Origin: Octopus bimaculoides | Lineage: Eukaryota | Assembly (NCBI RefSeq): GCF_001194135.2 | Contig: NC_068983.1 | Location: 61,559,413 to 61,623,412 of the forward strand | Direction: 5' to 3' | Length of the DNA: 64,000 bases | Shown: in pieces, positions 11,936 to 24,625 of the stretch | How the letters are laid out: the number at the start of each line of letters is the position of its first letter | How positions within the stretch are numbered: position 1 is the first letter of the stretch | The notes under the pieces: model-generated | Databases searched by the model: none | What the model was told of the DNA's origin: nothing | Seen by the model: only the letters and a program-made list of their open reading frames with translations | Position numbers and translations under genes: made by a program

Positions 11936-12037
11936 ATCATCATCATCATCATCGTTTAACGTCCGCTTTCCATGCTAGCATGGGTTGGACGATTTGACTG
12001 AGGACTGGTGAAACCGGATGGCAACACCAGGCTCCAT
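11936..12037 (-). mobile_element. RTE-type 3' tail fragment
   Basis: (CAT)n CGTTTAACGTCCGCTTTCCATGCTAGCATGGGTTGGACG, reverse complement of the (GAT)n-tail family. Confidence 0.75.
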
Positions 12038-12047
12038 ATAAATATAA

Positions 12048-12109
<62 letters not shown>

Positions 12110-12589
12110 AAATGGGACAAGAGAACAAAACATCTGGACAGTTAGGTGATACAAAAATGGGACAACAAAACATCCAGACAGACGATACAAAGAAATCAAG
12201 GACAAGTTATTCAAAGTTTTCTTTCCTCAGTCGAGTACCAGATTATCTTCGCAATTTCAGCTGATTATACTTGAGATTGCTCCAATCTGGCCAGCCTCAA
12301 GGAAAAGCTAAGCTAAGGGCATTAGATTCCTTGGAAGAAAGCAGCGAATGTATACAAAAACAAGGATGGATAAAATGGACAACGTTACACAAATACAATA
12401 AAAATAATAAAAGGACATAACAACAGGAGTCTTTCGACTAAGGACAAATTAAATTAAACTGGCGTGTGTGGAAATAAAACCTTATGGCAGGGATACAAGA
12501 TTTCACAGGCACAGGGAGGAATATTGATGCTGCATGGACAACAGCCGGCCAAGAAAGAAAAATCAGGCTTGGCTGAACGCTGGTCAGCA

Positions 12590-13107
12590 TCGCCTTACTG
12601 GCACTTGTACTGGTGGCATGTGGAAAACAACATTTGAGCGAGGTCATTGCCAATGCCGCTGGATTGGCTCCTATGCAGGTGGCATGTAAAAAACACCATT
12701 TGAGCGTGGCTATTGCCAGTACCACCTGACTGGCCCTCGTGCTGCTGACACGAAAAAGCTCCCACTACACTCTCAGAGTGGTTGGTGTTAGGAAAGGCTT
12801 CCAGCTGTAGAAACTCTGCTCGATCAGATTGGAGCCTGGTGCAGCCATCTGGCTAGCCAGTCCTCAGTCAAACCGTCCAACCCATACCAGCATGGAAAGC
12901 GGACGTTAAACGATGATGATGATGATGATGTACTGCCGGACTGGCTCCCCTGTTAGTGGCACGTAAAAAGCACCCACTACACTCTCGGAGCGGTTGGCGT
13001 TAGGAAGGGCATCCAACTGTAGAAACTCTGCTGGATCAGATTGGAGTCTGGTGTTTCCATCTGGTTCGCCAGTCCCCAGTCAAATCGTCCAACCCATGCT
13101 AGCATAG
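12590..13107 (+). mobile_element. Two tandem RTE-type 3' UTR/tail copies with ~70 bp subrepeats
   Basis: GGTGGCATGTAAAAA..CACC subrepeats; tails at ~12780-12930 (ends in (GAT)n) and ~12931-13107. Confidence 0.75.
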
Positions 13108-13254
13108 ATAAAAGGTGACCAGCCATACTTTCTTTGAAAATTTGAAATGAAGAGTACAACTTGCATGACTGACCTTTACAGCTATTATGTGATATCAAGG
13201 TAAGGAGACAGTAACAAATGCCAATCCCCCTCCCCAATATATATACATGTATGA

Positions 13255-13370
13255 TAATTGGCCTGGGGCTATAGTAGGAAACATTTGTCCAAAGTGCCAT
13301 ACACTGGAATTGGACCCTAAACCATGTGATTGGGAAGCAAACTTCTTACCATTCGGCCTTGCCTGCTCCT
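13255..13370 (-). mobile_element. Partial OR2-like SINE
   Basis: GGGCTATAGTAGGAAACATTTGTCCAAAGTGCC...GGGAAGCAAACTTCTTACC. Confidence 0.6.
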
Positions 13371-14246
13371 ATATGCATATCTGTCTTTCTGTCTGTCTGT
13401 GCATGCATGTATTTAAAGTCTGCCAAGATCATGTTTGCCTTTCATCTCAAAACTGCCTTGTGCCAAAATTTGAAAGATGTCTATAAAAAAACTCAAACAT
13501 TAAAATTGTTTTAAAAGAGAAATGGGTGTATTCATTGCAGTTTGCATCGGTACAATACATTAAAAACACTCAGGTTCATTAAATGCTCAGGTATTTTCCA
13601 ACTTCCAGCTTGGAAACTTGCAGCACACCTGCAGATCATATGTAACCCACAAGCATGCCATGGTATATATTTTGAAAAGTCTGTTTTGGAGCAAAAGAAA
13701 GAAAATATTCCATGTAGAATTAACACTATACAATTGTTTCATAGTCAGCATATTTGCATCCAGTCTGCATTAAAATACAACCCAGAAATGTGTCACACAA
13801 TCCCAGTGGATGATAGATTCAATATTGATTGGTGAACTTCTTGTTTAAGAGATTTCTTCTATGTAAACAACAATGAAGGAAGATTGGCAAACATCTTGGA
13901 AGAAATTTATAGACTGAAGATGAAGAAATATGACTGTTTTAGAGATAAAATTTGAAGGATAATTGCAACAGAAGTATGTTTTGTCGAAATTGTAATAAAA
14001 AAAGGATAATTCTTGTGAATCTGTCCATATGTTAATGGTTTCAGAATTCAGTAACCTGTGTGATTTAATAAGAGAATTTACCAAAGATTTCAGACATTTC
14101 TAATAATTCAGGCCTTCAACTAAAATGAGATTAGAAGCCAATTCAGGCACTGATATGTCTCTAAAACTGATCAGAAAAGTAAAAAAAAAAAAAAAAAAAA
14201 AATAAGTATTGCATATAATTAGTATGGGTGAATACATTTTCTTGAT

Positions 14247-14460
14247 ACTACTACTACTACTACTACTGCTACTACTACTGCTGCTGCTGCTTGCTGTCAT
14301 AATCTCCACCATCATCATCACCACTACAGCTGCTGTTGTTGCTGCAACTATGACTACTACTTTTACTTCTACTGACACCACAACTACTAGTACTGCTATT
14401 AGCACCATTTTTCTACCTTATCACTACTGTTACTGCTGTTGCTGTTGTCACTGCTGCAGT

Positions 14461-14518
<58 letters not shown>

Positions 14519-14580
14519 GCTTCTGCTGCTGCTGCTGCTGCTGCTACTACCACTTCTTCTTCATCATCATCATCATCTTT
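14247..14580. repeat. Compound trinucleotide microsatellite (CTA/CTG/CAT)
   Basis: Directly visible. Confidence 0.95.
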
Positions 14581-15275
14581 CCTTTACCACTCTGCAGCCA
14601 TGCTCTTTGTCTTTTCTTATCTTACAATAGTTTCTTGTCATATGAAAATAATCATATCTCACTTTCTCTACTCCACTTGTTGCTTCTTCAACCATTGTAT
14701 CTCTTAGTTCCAACCTTCTTCTAAAACTGCTACTGTGTTGAACTTTCTCTCTGCAATATAATTCCCTTGCTATCAAGAATCCTCTACATGAACACTCAAC
14801 ATACAAGAAATAACAGCCAAATCTCTTTCAACAATAAACCCAAAGATTATGGAAAGGTACACCGCATTGGATAATGTAGTTCTGGATGTGCAATGCCCAA
14901 GATAAAGACAGAAAACTTATAGTGAGATAATTTTTTCTTATAAATCTACTCACAGTATTAAATCAGCAGAATTTTTGGAGCATTGGTAAAAATGGCAGAC
15001 AGTATTTCTCAAATCTTATTGAGGTTAACTCTGATTTTCATCCTTTTTGTGATCAATAAAATGAAACACTGATCAAGTACTGGGGTTGGTGGTACCAAGT
15101 AAATTGTCCCCTTAAAATTGCTGGCCTTTGCTTAAATGAGAAACAATTATGTATCTGCTCAGTCAAACTAACCTGAGTCTCAATAACAACATAAGTTTCA
15201 TAATTACCATCAATATTATCTTCTCTGGCCATTTTGCTATACTAGTATAGGTTGAATGGCTTTGCCAGCACTGCT

Positions 15276-15547
15276 TGATTTTTTGTTCAGCAACTCATTT
15301 GAGATTTGGTTTTACCATTCTTATTACATGTCTTATTCAGGAGCCAACAAAGGAACCAGCAGTTGCTCAACTTACTAAATGGTGGTGGTGCTGGTGGTGG
15401 TGAAGGCAATTAATCTTCTGAGTGAACCAAAGAAACTATGTTTCTATTGGATTTTCAATTAACTGATACTATCAACTCATGACAGAAAGATCTGCATTTT
15501 TCAATACACGATGGGATTTGAACTCTGAATGTACAGAAGAACAGATA
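15276..15547 (+). repeat. Copy 1 of a ~270 bp local direct duplication
   Basis: Near-identical to 16184-16453 (3 substitutions and one 2 bp indel by eye). Confidence 0.93.
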
Positions 15548-16183
15548 TCACAAAGCATTCTGTCTGATGTCAACCCACCATCCAGGATTTTTACTTTTTT
15601 TATTGACCCTGGCATAATGAAAGGCAGAGTTATCCTTGGCAGGATATGAACTCAGGGCATAGACAGACAGAACAAGTACCACAAGGAAGCTGTAGGTTTG
15701 GGAACAGGGGATGTAGGGGTGCAAGAGCACCTGCTACTATTTTTCTAGGGTAATGAAAACACTTTGAACATCTTGTGTTGGACCTGGGTTTGCCACCCCT
15801 AAGCAAATTTTATTCCTGCACTGAAGGCAGCCTATCCAACTCTTTAAGAACTTTACCAATTTGCTTTTGGGCAATTAAATTAATTTGAATTACACTCCAC
15901 ACTCTTGAAAAAGGAAAAAAAAAAAGGACACATTAGCCAATTAATCTGAGACACACAAAAAAGTGGGATGGCCACTGCTCAAATGCTATATGTCTGTTCA
16001 ATGAAATATTTACCTGGAGTAAAAGAAAAAAATTAAAAAAAGAAGCAGAAATGAAAAGAAAAATTAAATCAAAAACAAAACAAAATAAATCAACAAATAT
16101 ACTTGGTTTAATACTCTTGACCTTTGGATGCCTTTAGTGGAGTCCTGGAGTTCATTCTGTTGCAAATATTGAGGCCAGGTTTC

Positions 16184-16453
16184 TGATTTTTTGTTCAGCA
16201 ACTCATTTGAGATTTGGTTTTACCATTCTTATTACATGTCTTATTCAGGAGCCAACAAAGGAACCAGCAGTTGCTCAACTTACTAAATGGTGGTGGTGCT
16301 GGTGGTGGTGACGGCAATTAATCTTCTGAGTGAACCAAAGAAACTGTTTCTATTGGATTTTCAAATAACTGATACTATCAACTCATGACAGAAAGATCTG
16401 CATTTTTCAATACACGATGGGATTTGAACTCTGAACGTACAGAAGAACAGATA
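16184..16453 (+). repeat. Copy 2 of the ~270 bp local direct duplication
   Basis: See 15276-15547. Confidence 0.93.
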
Positions 16454-17201
16454 ACTTAATATCTTGATTCACTAATCTCAGGCATCCTGCAATAAGCTAT
16501 GAAGCGCTAACCCCAGTCTCAGACCCCTTGCAATCAACTATATGCCACTTCTGACTTAGCCACAAAATTAAAAAAAAAAAGTGGGTCTCTTTCTCTCCTA
16601 TGTGTACCTCCATTTATCAACACACATCACTTTTTACTCAGCATTACTCAATCCATTCATTCATTCACTGTATATGTTCATAGCAGTGGAGTCAACTTTT
16701 AATATCCCATTCTATCTCAGCCAATCTTTCAGCTGACTTGAGGTCTAGCTTGCATGTAGGTTAATAGTACATATCTTTCTAGCTGTTGACACTGGTACTA
16801 CTATCCTATATGATTAAGTATGTGAGTAACTACCATGACATCTGTGATTTATTTTATTTTTAATATGTCCTTGATACTTTTAACAATTAACTAGAATACT
16901 TCACAGACATGTTGCTTTTCATTTCTTTCACTTCCTTAAAAGTAATATCAACTATACTTACTAATGTTAATATCAATAGCTAGCTTCTCTGCTGGCTCTG
17001 CTTGGAAAGGTCTCTCATTATCTCACTTATAGTTCTCATTGAACACCAGCCCACTCATATTTGCCCTTTGCTTTACTTTTCAAAGAGAGCCCTTTGAATT
17101 AATGACAGAGTCAGCGAAACTAAATGTATTTTTTAAAATGTATACATGTAAATATATTAATAACTTATCTACACACACACACAAACACACAGACACACAT
17201 A

Positions 17202-17845
17202 CCCTAGGAGTTCCTCTATGCTGATGACCTTACTCTAAAAGCTGAGTCACTGCCAGAACTGGAGACGAAGTTTAGGGTGTGGAAGCAAGGTCTAGAATCC
17301 AAGGGCCTTAGGGTTAACCTAGCCAAAACCAAAGTCTTGGCAAGTAGAAAGGCTGTCAAATCACAACCCCCTTCAGGTAGATAGCCCTGCTTGATCTGTA
17401 GAATAGGCATGAGTAGAAACTCCATACGATGTACCCGGTGTAAGCTATGGACACATAAAAGTGCAGCAATATCAAAGGAAGGTTAACAGCAAAAATAGTT
17501 TTTGTGTGTAGTAGATGCACTGGGGCAATAAACACCGAAGACGTACAGAAAACAGATTCCATCACATGCCAGCGGGAGAAACTAGAAGTAGATAATAGCT
17601 TCTGCTACCTAGGTGACCAAGTCTGTAGTGGGGGTGGTTGCTCTGAACGTATAGCGACTAGAGTAAGAATAGCCTGGGCAAAGTTCAGGGAACTCCTACC
17701 TCTACTGGCAACTAAGGACTTCTCGCTCAGGGTGAAAGGTAGACTGTATGATGCATGTATGTAAACTGCCATGATACAGAGTAGTGAAACATGGGCCGTG
17801 AATGCTGATGACATAGGCAGGCTTGAAAGAAATGAAATTAGTATG
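17202..17845 (+). mobile_element. RTE-clade LINE RT fragment with PHD-like Cys-rich insert
   Basis: FLYADDL...GLRVNLAKTKVL, C4HC3-like block, FCYLGD, RVRIAWAKFRELLPLL, SETW, RLERNE; stops and a frameshift. Confidence 0.92.
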
Positions 17846-19221
17846 TCATTACTTTCAAGACAGTACTTTTTGACAAACCAAACATTTCGGCTGTTTTCGT
17901 TATGCTAGTGCCTGCCATATGAACACCAACAATTTGACCTCTTTGAAAGTACAATAGATCTGTCATTTTAAGGAATTTTAATTATCTTTTTCTGATGATA
18001 TCTGAAAAGAAACAACAATTTTAGCAAAACATACTAAGCAACACTAATAACAAATCAAAAAACCATAAAAATGAACATAGATACATACATACATACATAC
18101 ATACATATNNNNNNNNNNNNNNNNNNNNNNNNNNNNNNNNNNNNNNNNNNNNNNNNNNNNNNNNNNNNNNNNNNNNNNNNNNNNNNNNNNNNNNNNNNNN
18201 NNNNNNNNNNNNNNNNNNNNNNNNNNNNNNNNNNNNNNNNNNNNNNNNNNNNNNNNNNNNNNNNNNNNNNNNNNNNNNNNNNNNNNNNNNNNNNNNNNNN
18301 NNNNNNNNNNNNNNNNNNNNNNNNNNNNNNNNNNNNNNNNNNNNNNNNNNNNNNNNNNNNNNNNNNNNNNNNNNNNNNNNNNNNNNNNNNNNNNNNNNNN
18401 NNNNNNNNNNNNNNNNNNNNNNNNNNNNNNNNNNNNNNNNNNNNNNNNNNNNNNNNNNNNNNNNNNNNNNNNNNNNNNNNNNNNNNNNNNNNNNNNNNNN
18501 NNNNNNNNNNNNNNNNNNNNNNNNNNNNNNNNNNNNNNNNNNNNNNNNNNNNNNNNNNNNNNNNNNNNNNNNNNNNNNNNNNNNNNNNNNNNNNNNNNNN
18601 NNNNNNNNNNNNNNNNNNNNNNNNNNNNNNNNNNNNNNNNNNNNNNNNNNNNNNNNNNNNNNNNNNNNNNNNNNNNNNNNNNNNNNNNNNNNNNNNNNNN
18701 NNNNNNNNNNNNNNNNNNNNNNNNNNNNNNNNNNNNNNNNNNNNNNNNNNNNNNNNNNNNNNNNNNNNNNNNNNNNNNNNNNNNNNNATATATATATAGA
18801 ATAATAAGAAAAAAGGAAAACCTTGTTGCAGTGCACCTAATTAGTGCTCAATATGAGTAAAATGTAACAAAAATCAAAATGGATGTCTGATTTTTGTAGG
18901 TCAAGTTCCTTTATCACGGGAATTCAAAATACATTAAAAATTCATCGAGATGTTAGGCTTCAAGCACTCCAATTTTACAATCTAAAGAAGAGCAGTATTA
19001 CAAAACCTTACGGTCATTTTGAGGAGTGTGTTTGTATTGGGCAAGTTTTCCAGCTGATACAAATAGTCGCATTTTTCTCATCAGAGGTACAAATAAAGCG
19101 ATTAAAATAATTTAAAAATTGAGAAAGCTTAAAATATTTCCTACTTAAAGAACTTGAAGTCATATCGAGCAATGTTATATTTAAAAAAAACATCTTATAG
19201 TATTTTTTAAAAAAACGTTTG

Positions 19222-19865
19222 CAAAGATATAGAAAGGCTTTGTGAAGTCAAATTGTTGGTGTTCATATGACAGGCACTAGCATAACGAAAACAGCCGAAA
19301 TGTTTGGTGTATCAAGAAGTACTGTCTTGAAAGTAATGACAGCCTTTGAGAAAGAGGGAAAAACCTCCTCGTCGAAACAAAACTCTGGAAGAAAACCAAA
19401 ACTTTCAGATAGGGATCATCGGACTTTTACTCGAATTATTAGTAAGGATCACAAAAGTACAGCTCCCAAAATTACTGCTGAGCTTAATGACCACCTCGAG
19501 AACCCAGTTTCCACAAAAACTGTTTGCTGGGAGCTGCACAAAGTCGGATGTCACAGGAGGGCTGCAATCAGAAAACAACTACTTTCAAAAGCAAACATTG
19601 CAAAGCATTTAGAGTGGAGAAAAAACCTACAGAACTGGTCCCTAGAGCAGTGAAAGAATGTTATTTTCTTGAACGACTCATCCTTTATCTTATTTCTGAC
19701 CACTGGCCGAGTATACGTGTGGTGATGACCAAAAGAAGCATTTGACCCAGACTGCCTTCTTTCGGCTGTTAAACACGGAGGAAGATCTGTGATGATCTGG
19801 GGTGCTATATCTTGAAAATCCGCTGGCCTAATGATTTCCCTGGCAGAATTAATAGTCAAGACTAA
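19222..19865 (+). mobile_element. Tc1-like transposase (decayed, runs into a gap)
   Basis: HTH region TAEMFGVSRSTV, SGRKPKLS, VIFLNDSSF (first catalytic D region), VKHGGRSVMIWGAI. Confidence 0.92.
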
Positions 19866-20344
19866 NNNNNNNNNNNNNNNNNNNNNNNNNNNNNNNNNNN
19901 NNNNNNNNNNNNNNNNNNNNNNNNNNNNNNNNNNNNNNNNNNNNNNNNNNNNNNNNNNNNNNNNNNNNNNNNNNNNNNNNNNNNNNNNNNNNNNNNNNNN
20001 NNNNNNNNNNNNNNNNNNNNNNNNNNNNNNNNNNNNNNNNNNNNNNNNNNNNNNNNNNNNNNNNNNNNNNNNNNNNNNNNNNNNNNNNNNNNNNNNNNNN
20101 NNNNNNNNNNNNNNNNNNNNNNNNNNNNNNNNNNNNNNNNNNNNNNNNNNNNNNNNNNNNNNNNNNNNNNNNNNNNNNNNNNNNNNNNNNNNNNNNNNNN
20201 NNNNNNNNNNNNNNNNNNNNNNNNNNNNNNNNNNNNNNNNNNNNNNNNNNNNNNNNNNNNNNNNNNNNNNNNNNNNNNNNNNNNNNNNNNNNNNNNNNNN
20301 NNNNNNTGTATCTATATACATATATATGTATGTATGTATGTATG

Positions 20345-20347
20345 TAT

Positions 20348-20387
<40 letters not shown>

Positions 20388-20590
20388 GTTTGTCTCTTCG
20401 TCACTGCTTGACAACCAGTGTTGGTGTCTTTACATCTCCATAACCTAGCAGTTCAGCAAAAGTGTTCGATAGAATAAGTACCAGGCTTAAAAAAATAAAT
20501 ACTGGGGTTGATTCATTTGATCAAAAATGCTTCAAGGCAGTGCCCCAGAATGGCCACAGTCTAATGACTGAAACAAGTAAAAGATATATA
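20345..20590 (+). mobile_element. OR2-like SINE 3' half
   Basis: TTGCTTGACAACCAGTGTTGGTG-like segment ... GACTGAAACAAGTAAAAGA. Confidence 0.75.
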
Positions 20591-20716
20591 AAAATCATTT
20601 GTAGAAAACATAAATCCAGACAAGAAGCGCATTCTAAGATATAAGTACGAATAGATTTAAAAAAAAACATGAATCAATGACATAATACGCATAGTACTTA
20701 CCAGAAAGAAACAATA

Positions 20717-20948
20717 AAGCGGCGAGCTGGCAGAAACGTTAGCACGCTGGCCGAAATGCTTAGCGGTATTTCGTTTGCCGTTACGTTCTGAGTTCAAATT
20801 CCGTCGAGGTCGACTTTGCCTTTCATTCTTTCGGGGTCGATAAATTAAGTACTAGTTACACACTGGAGTTGATGTAATCGACTTAATCCCGGTGTCTGTC
20901 CTTGTTTGTCCCCTCTATGTTTAGACCCTTGTGGGCAATAAAGAAATA
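20717..20948 (+). mobile_element. tRNA-derived SINE (OR1-like)
   Basis: GCGGCGAGCTGGCAGAAACGTTAGC head, GAGTTCAAATTCC B-box, GTCGACTTTGCCTTTCAT...GGGGTCGATAAATTAAGTAC body; AGAAAGAAAC flanks both sides. Confidence 0.88.
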
Positions 20949-21351
20949 AGAAAGAAACGTAATAGGTATTTTCTTAGTATATAAATAAATGAGTTGACAG
21001 ATATGTGTTCTAAGATTTCTATATATTGTATTATATTATAAATTACAGATTATTATCGTATTTCAATTTATCCCATTCTATTTTATTTTGTTTTATTTTC
21101 GTTTTTACCCTCTTTTAGAAGAAATACTGAATTATATACAAATGTATATATGTATGCTTAGTATATTTAACCAATGCTTAAACCTAAATATATATATATA
21201 AAAATATATACGCATATTGTGTACATGTGTATATAGGTCTATGTGTATATATATTAACTTGAATAATATATCTATTAACAGATAAAATATTGAAATTTGA
21301 GTAAATGCTAACACATATGTAAATTTGATTTAAATATGATTTGATGAACAT

Positions 21352-21652
21352 AAGCACCATCCGAACGTGGCTGATGCCAGCGCCGCCTTGACTGGCTTCT
21401 GTGCCAGTGGCATGTAAAAAGCACCAACCCGACCATGGTCATTGCCAGCCTCCTCTGGCCCCTGTGCCGGTGGCAAATAAAAAGCACCCACTACACTCTT
21501 GGAGTAGTTGGCGTTAGCAAGGGTATCCAGCTGAAGAAACACTGCTAGATCAGACTGGAGCCTAGTGCAACCTCCTGGCTTCCCAGACCCCAGTCGAACT
21601 ATCCAACCCATGCCAGTTTGGAAAACAGACATTAAACGATGATGATGACGAT
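21352..21652 (+). mobile_element. RTE-type 3' UTR/tail
   Basis: Subrepeats plus GGCGTTAGCAAGGGTATCCAGC...ACATTAAACGATGATGATG. Confidence 0.75.
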
Positions 21653-22239
21653 GTATACATGAATATTTACTAGTATCTACTAGCAAGCCAATGGAAATTA
21701 TACAATTATAACAGTTTATTATTTATTGTGCATTTTCCTAATTTATTTATTTATTTATTTTCATCATCACCATCATCATAATCATCGTTTAACGTCCAAC
21801 AATATTTTATTCATATTATACATATTTTTGAATAAGTTTATTTATTTTATTTTATTTATATTTTTACTTACTTGAATTATAACGTTAGAAAATACATATG
21901 CACAATATATATGAAATAACATGTTAAACTTCTTTAGTTGTAGATTTGAATCCCTTCAACAAAGATGTAACTTTCGTTATTATTAAAACAAAAGCCCTGA
22001 AGAGATTCTACCCCTTACAGCTTCAATTCTTAACATTGGATTTAACCCAAATGCTTTGAATTATGCATTACCAAGGGGCTAGAATCGAAATATGTAGATT
22101 TTTTTAGTCTTCTATTGTGTTTTTTAAAAATTTATTTTTATTTATATTTTAACAACAAACTATGATACAAATAAATTAACTATACATCCTCAACTCTCCA
22201 TTTTCTTACATTATTAATTTTACTTATTATATACATGTA

Positions 22240-22270
<31 letters not shown>

Positions 22271-22501
22271 ATGAATACACACATACACATACATAGATAT
22301 TCCCTTCCATATTAGCTAACTCTGATGAGCATAAGGTTATATAATCGGATTGTTACACAACTCTCCATTGTATTCCTTCTGCGAAACCGATTGGTAAGAT
22401 CAGCCATAATAGATGAATAATACTATATATTTTGGATAATATAACCACTCTATTGAGAGATATGTGAGTGTATTTTTTCCCTGACTTATGGTTGCTTAGA
22501 C

Positions 22502-22575
<74 letters not shown>

Positions 22576-22716
22576 TATATGTGATATATGTATGCATGCA
22601 TGTATATATATATCATCCTCATCATCATCACCATCATCGTTTAATGTCCGCCTTCCATGCTGGCATGAGTGGGATATTTATATATANNNNNNNNNNNNNN
22701 NNNNNNNNNNNNNNNN

Positions 22717-22751
<35 letters not shown>

Positions 22752-23183
22752 CATGCATCTCTGATACCATTATATGTGCATGTATGTATAAGTGTCTATG
22801 TGTGTATGCTAAATTTTGTGAAACCAATTAGAGCTGGTATAAAACCAAAATATGTCAGTTTGATGCCTTTGGCACATAAAATAGAAAGAAAATGATAAGA
22901 GGCTGAAAACAATTTTGCTGCAATATTGCTTTTCTTTTTTCTAATACATCCTGATATATTCCAGAAAGTTCTTGACTATGGTTTTGTCACAATTTTTCAT
23001 TTCCACTGTGAAAACTATGAGACAGTAACAATATAATAAAGGTATTTTCAGGTATAATTCATTGTCAGTAAAATAAGTATTGATGTGAGCTATCTCCGTA
23101 TGTCTTCATCTTATTTGCATTCCAGCTTTTGCCTAAGCTTGTCTGTCATTCTTAACTATTATTGTAGAAACTAATACCTATTA

Positions 23184-23207
23184 TCTCTCTCTCTCTCTCT
23201 CACTTGC

Positions 23208-23262
<55 letters not shown>

Positions 23263-23430
23263 GTCTGATTGTCTGTCCACTCACTTGTCCTTCTATCCTA
23301 TATCCACTCACCCTAATTAGCCTGCACTGTGTGTGTGTGTGTGTGTNNNNNNNNNNNNNNNNNNNNNNNNNNNNNNNNNNNNNNNNNNNNNNNNNNNNNN
23401 NNNNNNNNNNNNNNNNNNNNNNNNNNNNNN

Positions 23431-23488
<58 letters not shown>
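23184..23488. repeat. Cluster of (CT)n, (CTAT)n, (GT)n, (TA)n and (GA)n microsatellites around a gap
   Basis: Directly visible. Confidence 0.9.
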
Positions 23489-23490
<2 letters not shown>

Positions 23491-23738
23491 ATAGCTGAGA
23501 GTTAGATATGCACAGTATAAAAAGCATGTAGTAATGCTTATATATATATTCGAAACGTCAGGTTAGAATAGAGGCAGCTGATGAAGGAATATTCCAAGTG
23601 GCTTTCCGTTTTCCTATGTGTTCGTTCCGTTGTCTGTAGTTCATTATTCTAACGTCCTGTACCCTGATATGCATATATATACACATATAGATGTAAGTAT
23701 GTACATATATGTGTGTATACATGTATATATATTCTTTG

Positions 23739-23781
<43 letters not shown>

Positions 23782-24114
23782 ATATGTATGAATGTGCATG
23801 TGTATGTGTATGCACACGTGGGTGCATGTCTTGTGTTTATTATGTGTCAAGAATTGTAGGAAATATATTTAAATGTAGTGCTAGCTGTTCAAAGCACCAA
23901 ATTTTGTACTGTTAAGCAAATCACCACCAATTTCCTCAGATTCCTCGATTTTCTTCCATTTAGAAAATCTAAAGTATGTTCTACTTCAAGTGTAGAATTT
24001 ATTACCTGCTGTTCTTCTCATTTAGTGTTATTTCAATTCACTTGCATTATTAATGCACTAAAAATGTATGATGGTCACCAAATCATATTTCTCTCTTCCA
24101 TTCTCAAAATATAA

Positions 24115-24305
24115 AAAAGGCTGGGCAAAATTCTTAGTGGCATTTCATCTGTCTTTACATTCTGAGTTCAAATCCTCTCAAAGTCTTCTTTGCCTTTCAT
24201 CCTTTTGGGGTCAATAAAATAAATGTCAGTTGAGCACTGGGGTCGATGTGATTGACTTAACACCCTTCCCTGAAATTATTGGCCTTGTGCCAAAATTTGA
24301 AGCCA
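24115..24305 (+). mobile_element. Decayed OR1-like SINE
   Basis: TTCTGAGTTCAAATCC...TTTGCCTTTCATCCTTTTGGGGTCAATAAAAT. Confidence 0.7.
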
Positions 24306-24419
24306 AAACTAAAATATATAATTTTTGCATAATTAAATTTTCCTAACATAAGAGAATATTTAAGTTTGGGATGAATTTATATATAGACAGTGTTAGTTCA
24401 TCATAGATAACTGTGTCAC

Positions 24420-24625
24420 TCTGTGAAATGGTTGGCGTTAGGAAAGACATCCAGCCATAGAAACCATGTGCCAAAGCAGGCATTGGAACCTGGCACAGTC
24501 CTCTGTTTCATTGGATCCACTCCATCAAACTGTCCAATCCATGCCAGCATGGCAAACGGATGTTAAATGACAATGATGATGATAATGATGATGATGATGA
24601 TGATAATAATGATGATGGTGATGAT
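24420..24625 (+). mobile_element. RTE-type 3' tail with (GAT)n
   Basis: GGTTGGCGTTAGGAAAGACATCCAGCC...CCATGCCAGCATGG...(GAT)n. Confidence 0.7.

Noticed and set aside
12250-12320. Hammerhead-like remnant on the minus strand (CCTTGAGGCTGG...CAGCTGAAATTGC)
   Set aside because: CUGANGA is incomplete, there is no NUH site after the stem III region and no stem I
11936-12930. ~1 kb unit bounded by ~100 bp inverted repeats, resembling a TIR element
   Set aside because: The arms are RTE-type 3' tails present in many copies in this window; chance opposite orientation is the simpler explanation, and no TSD was seen
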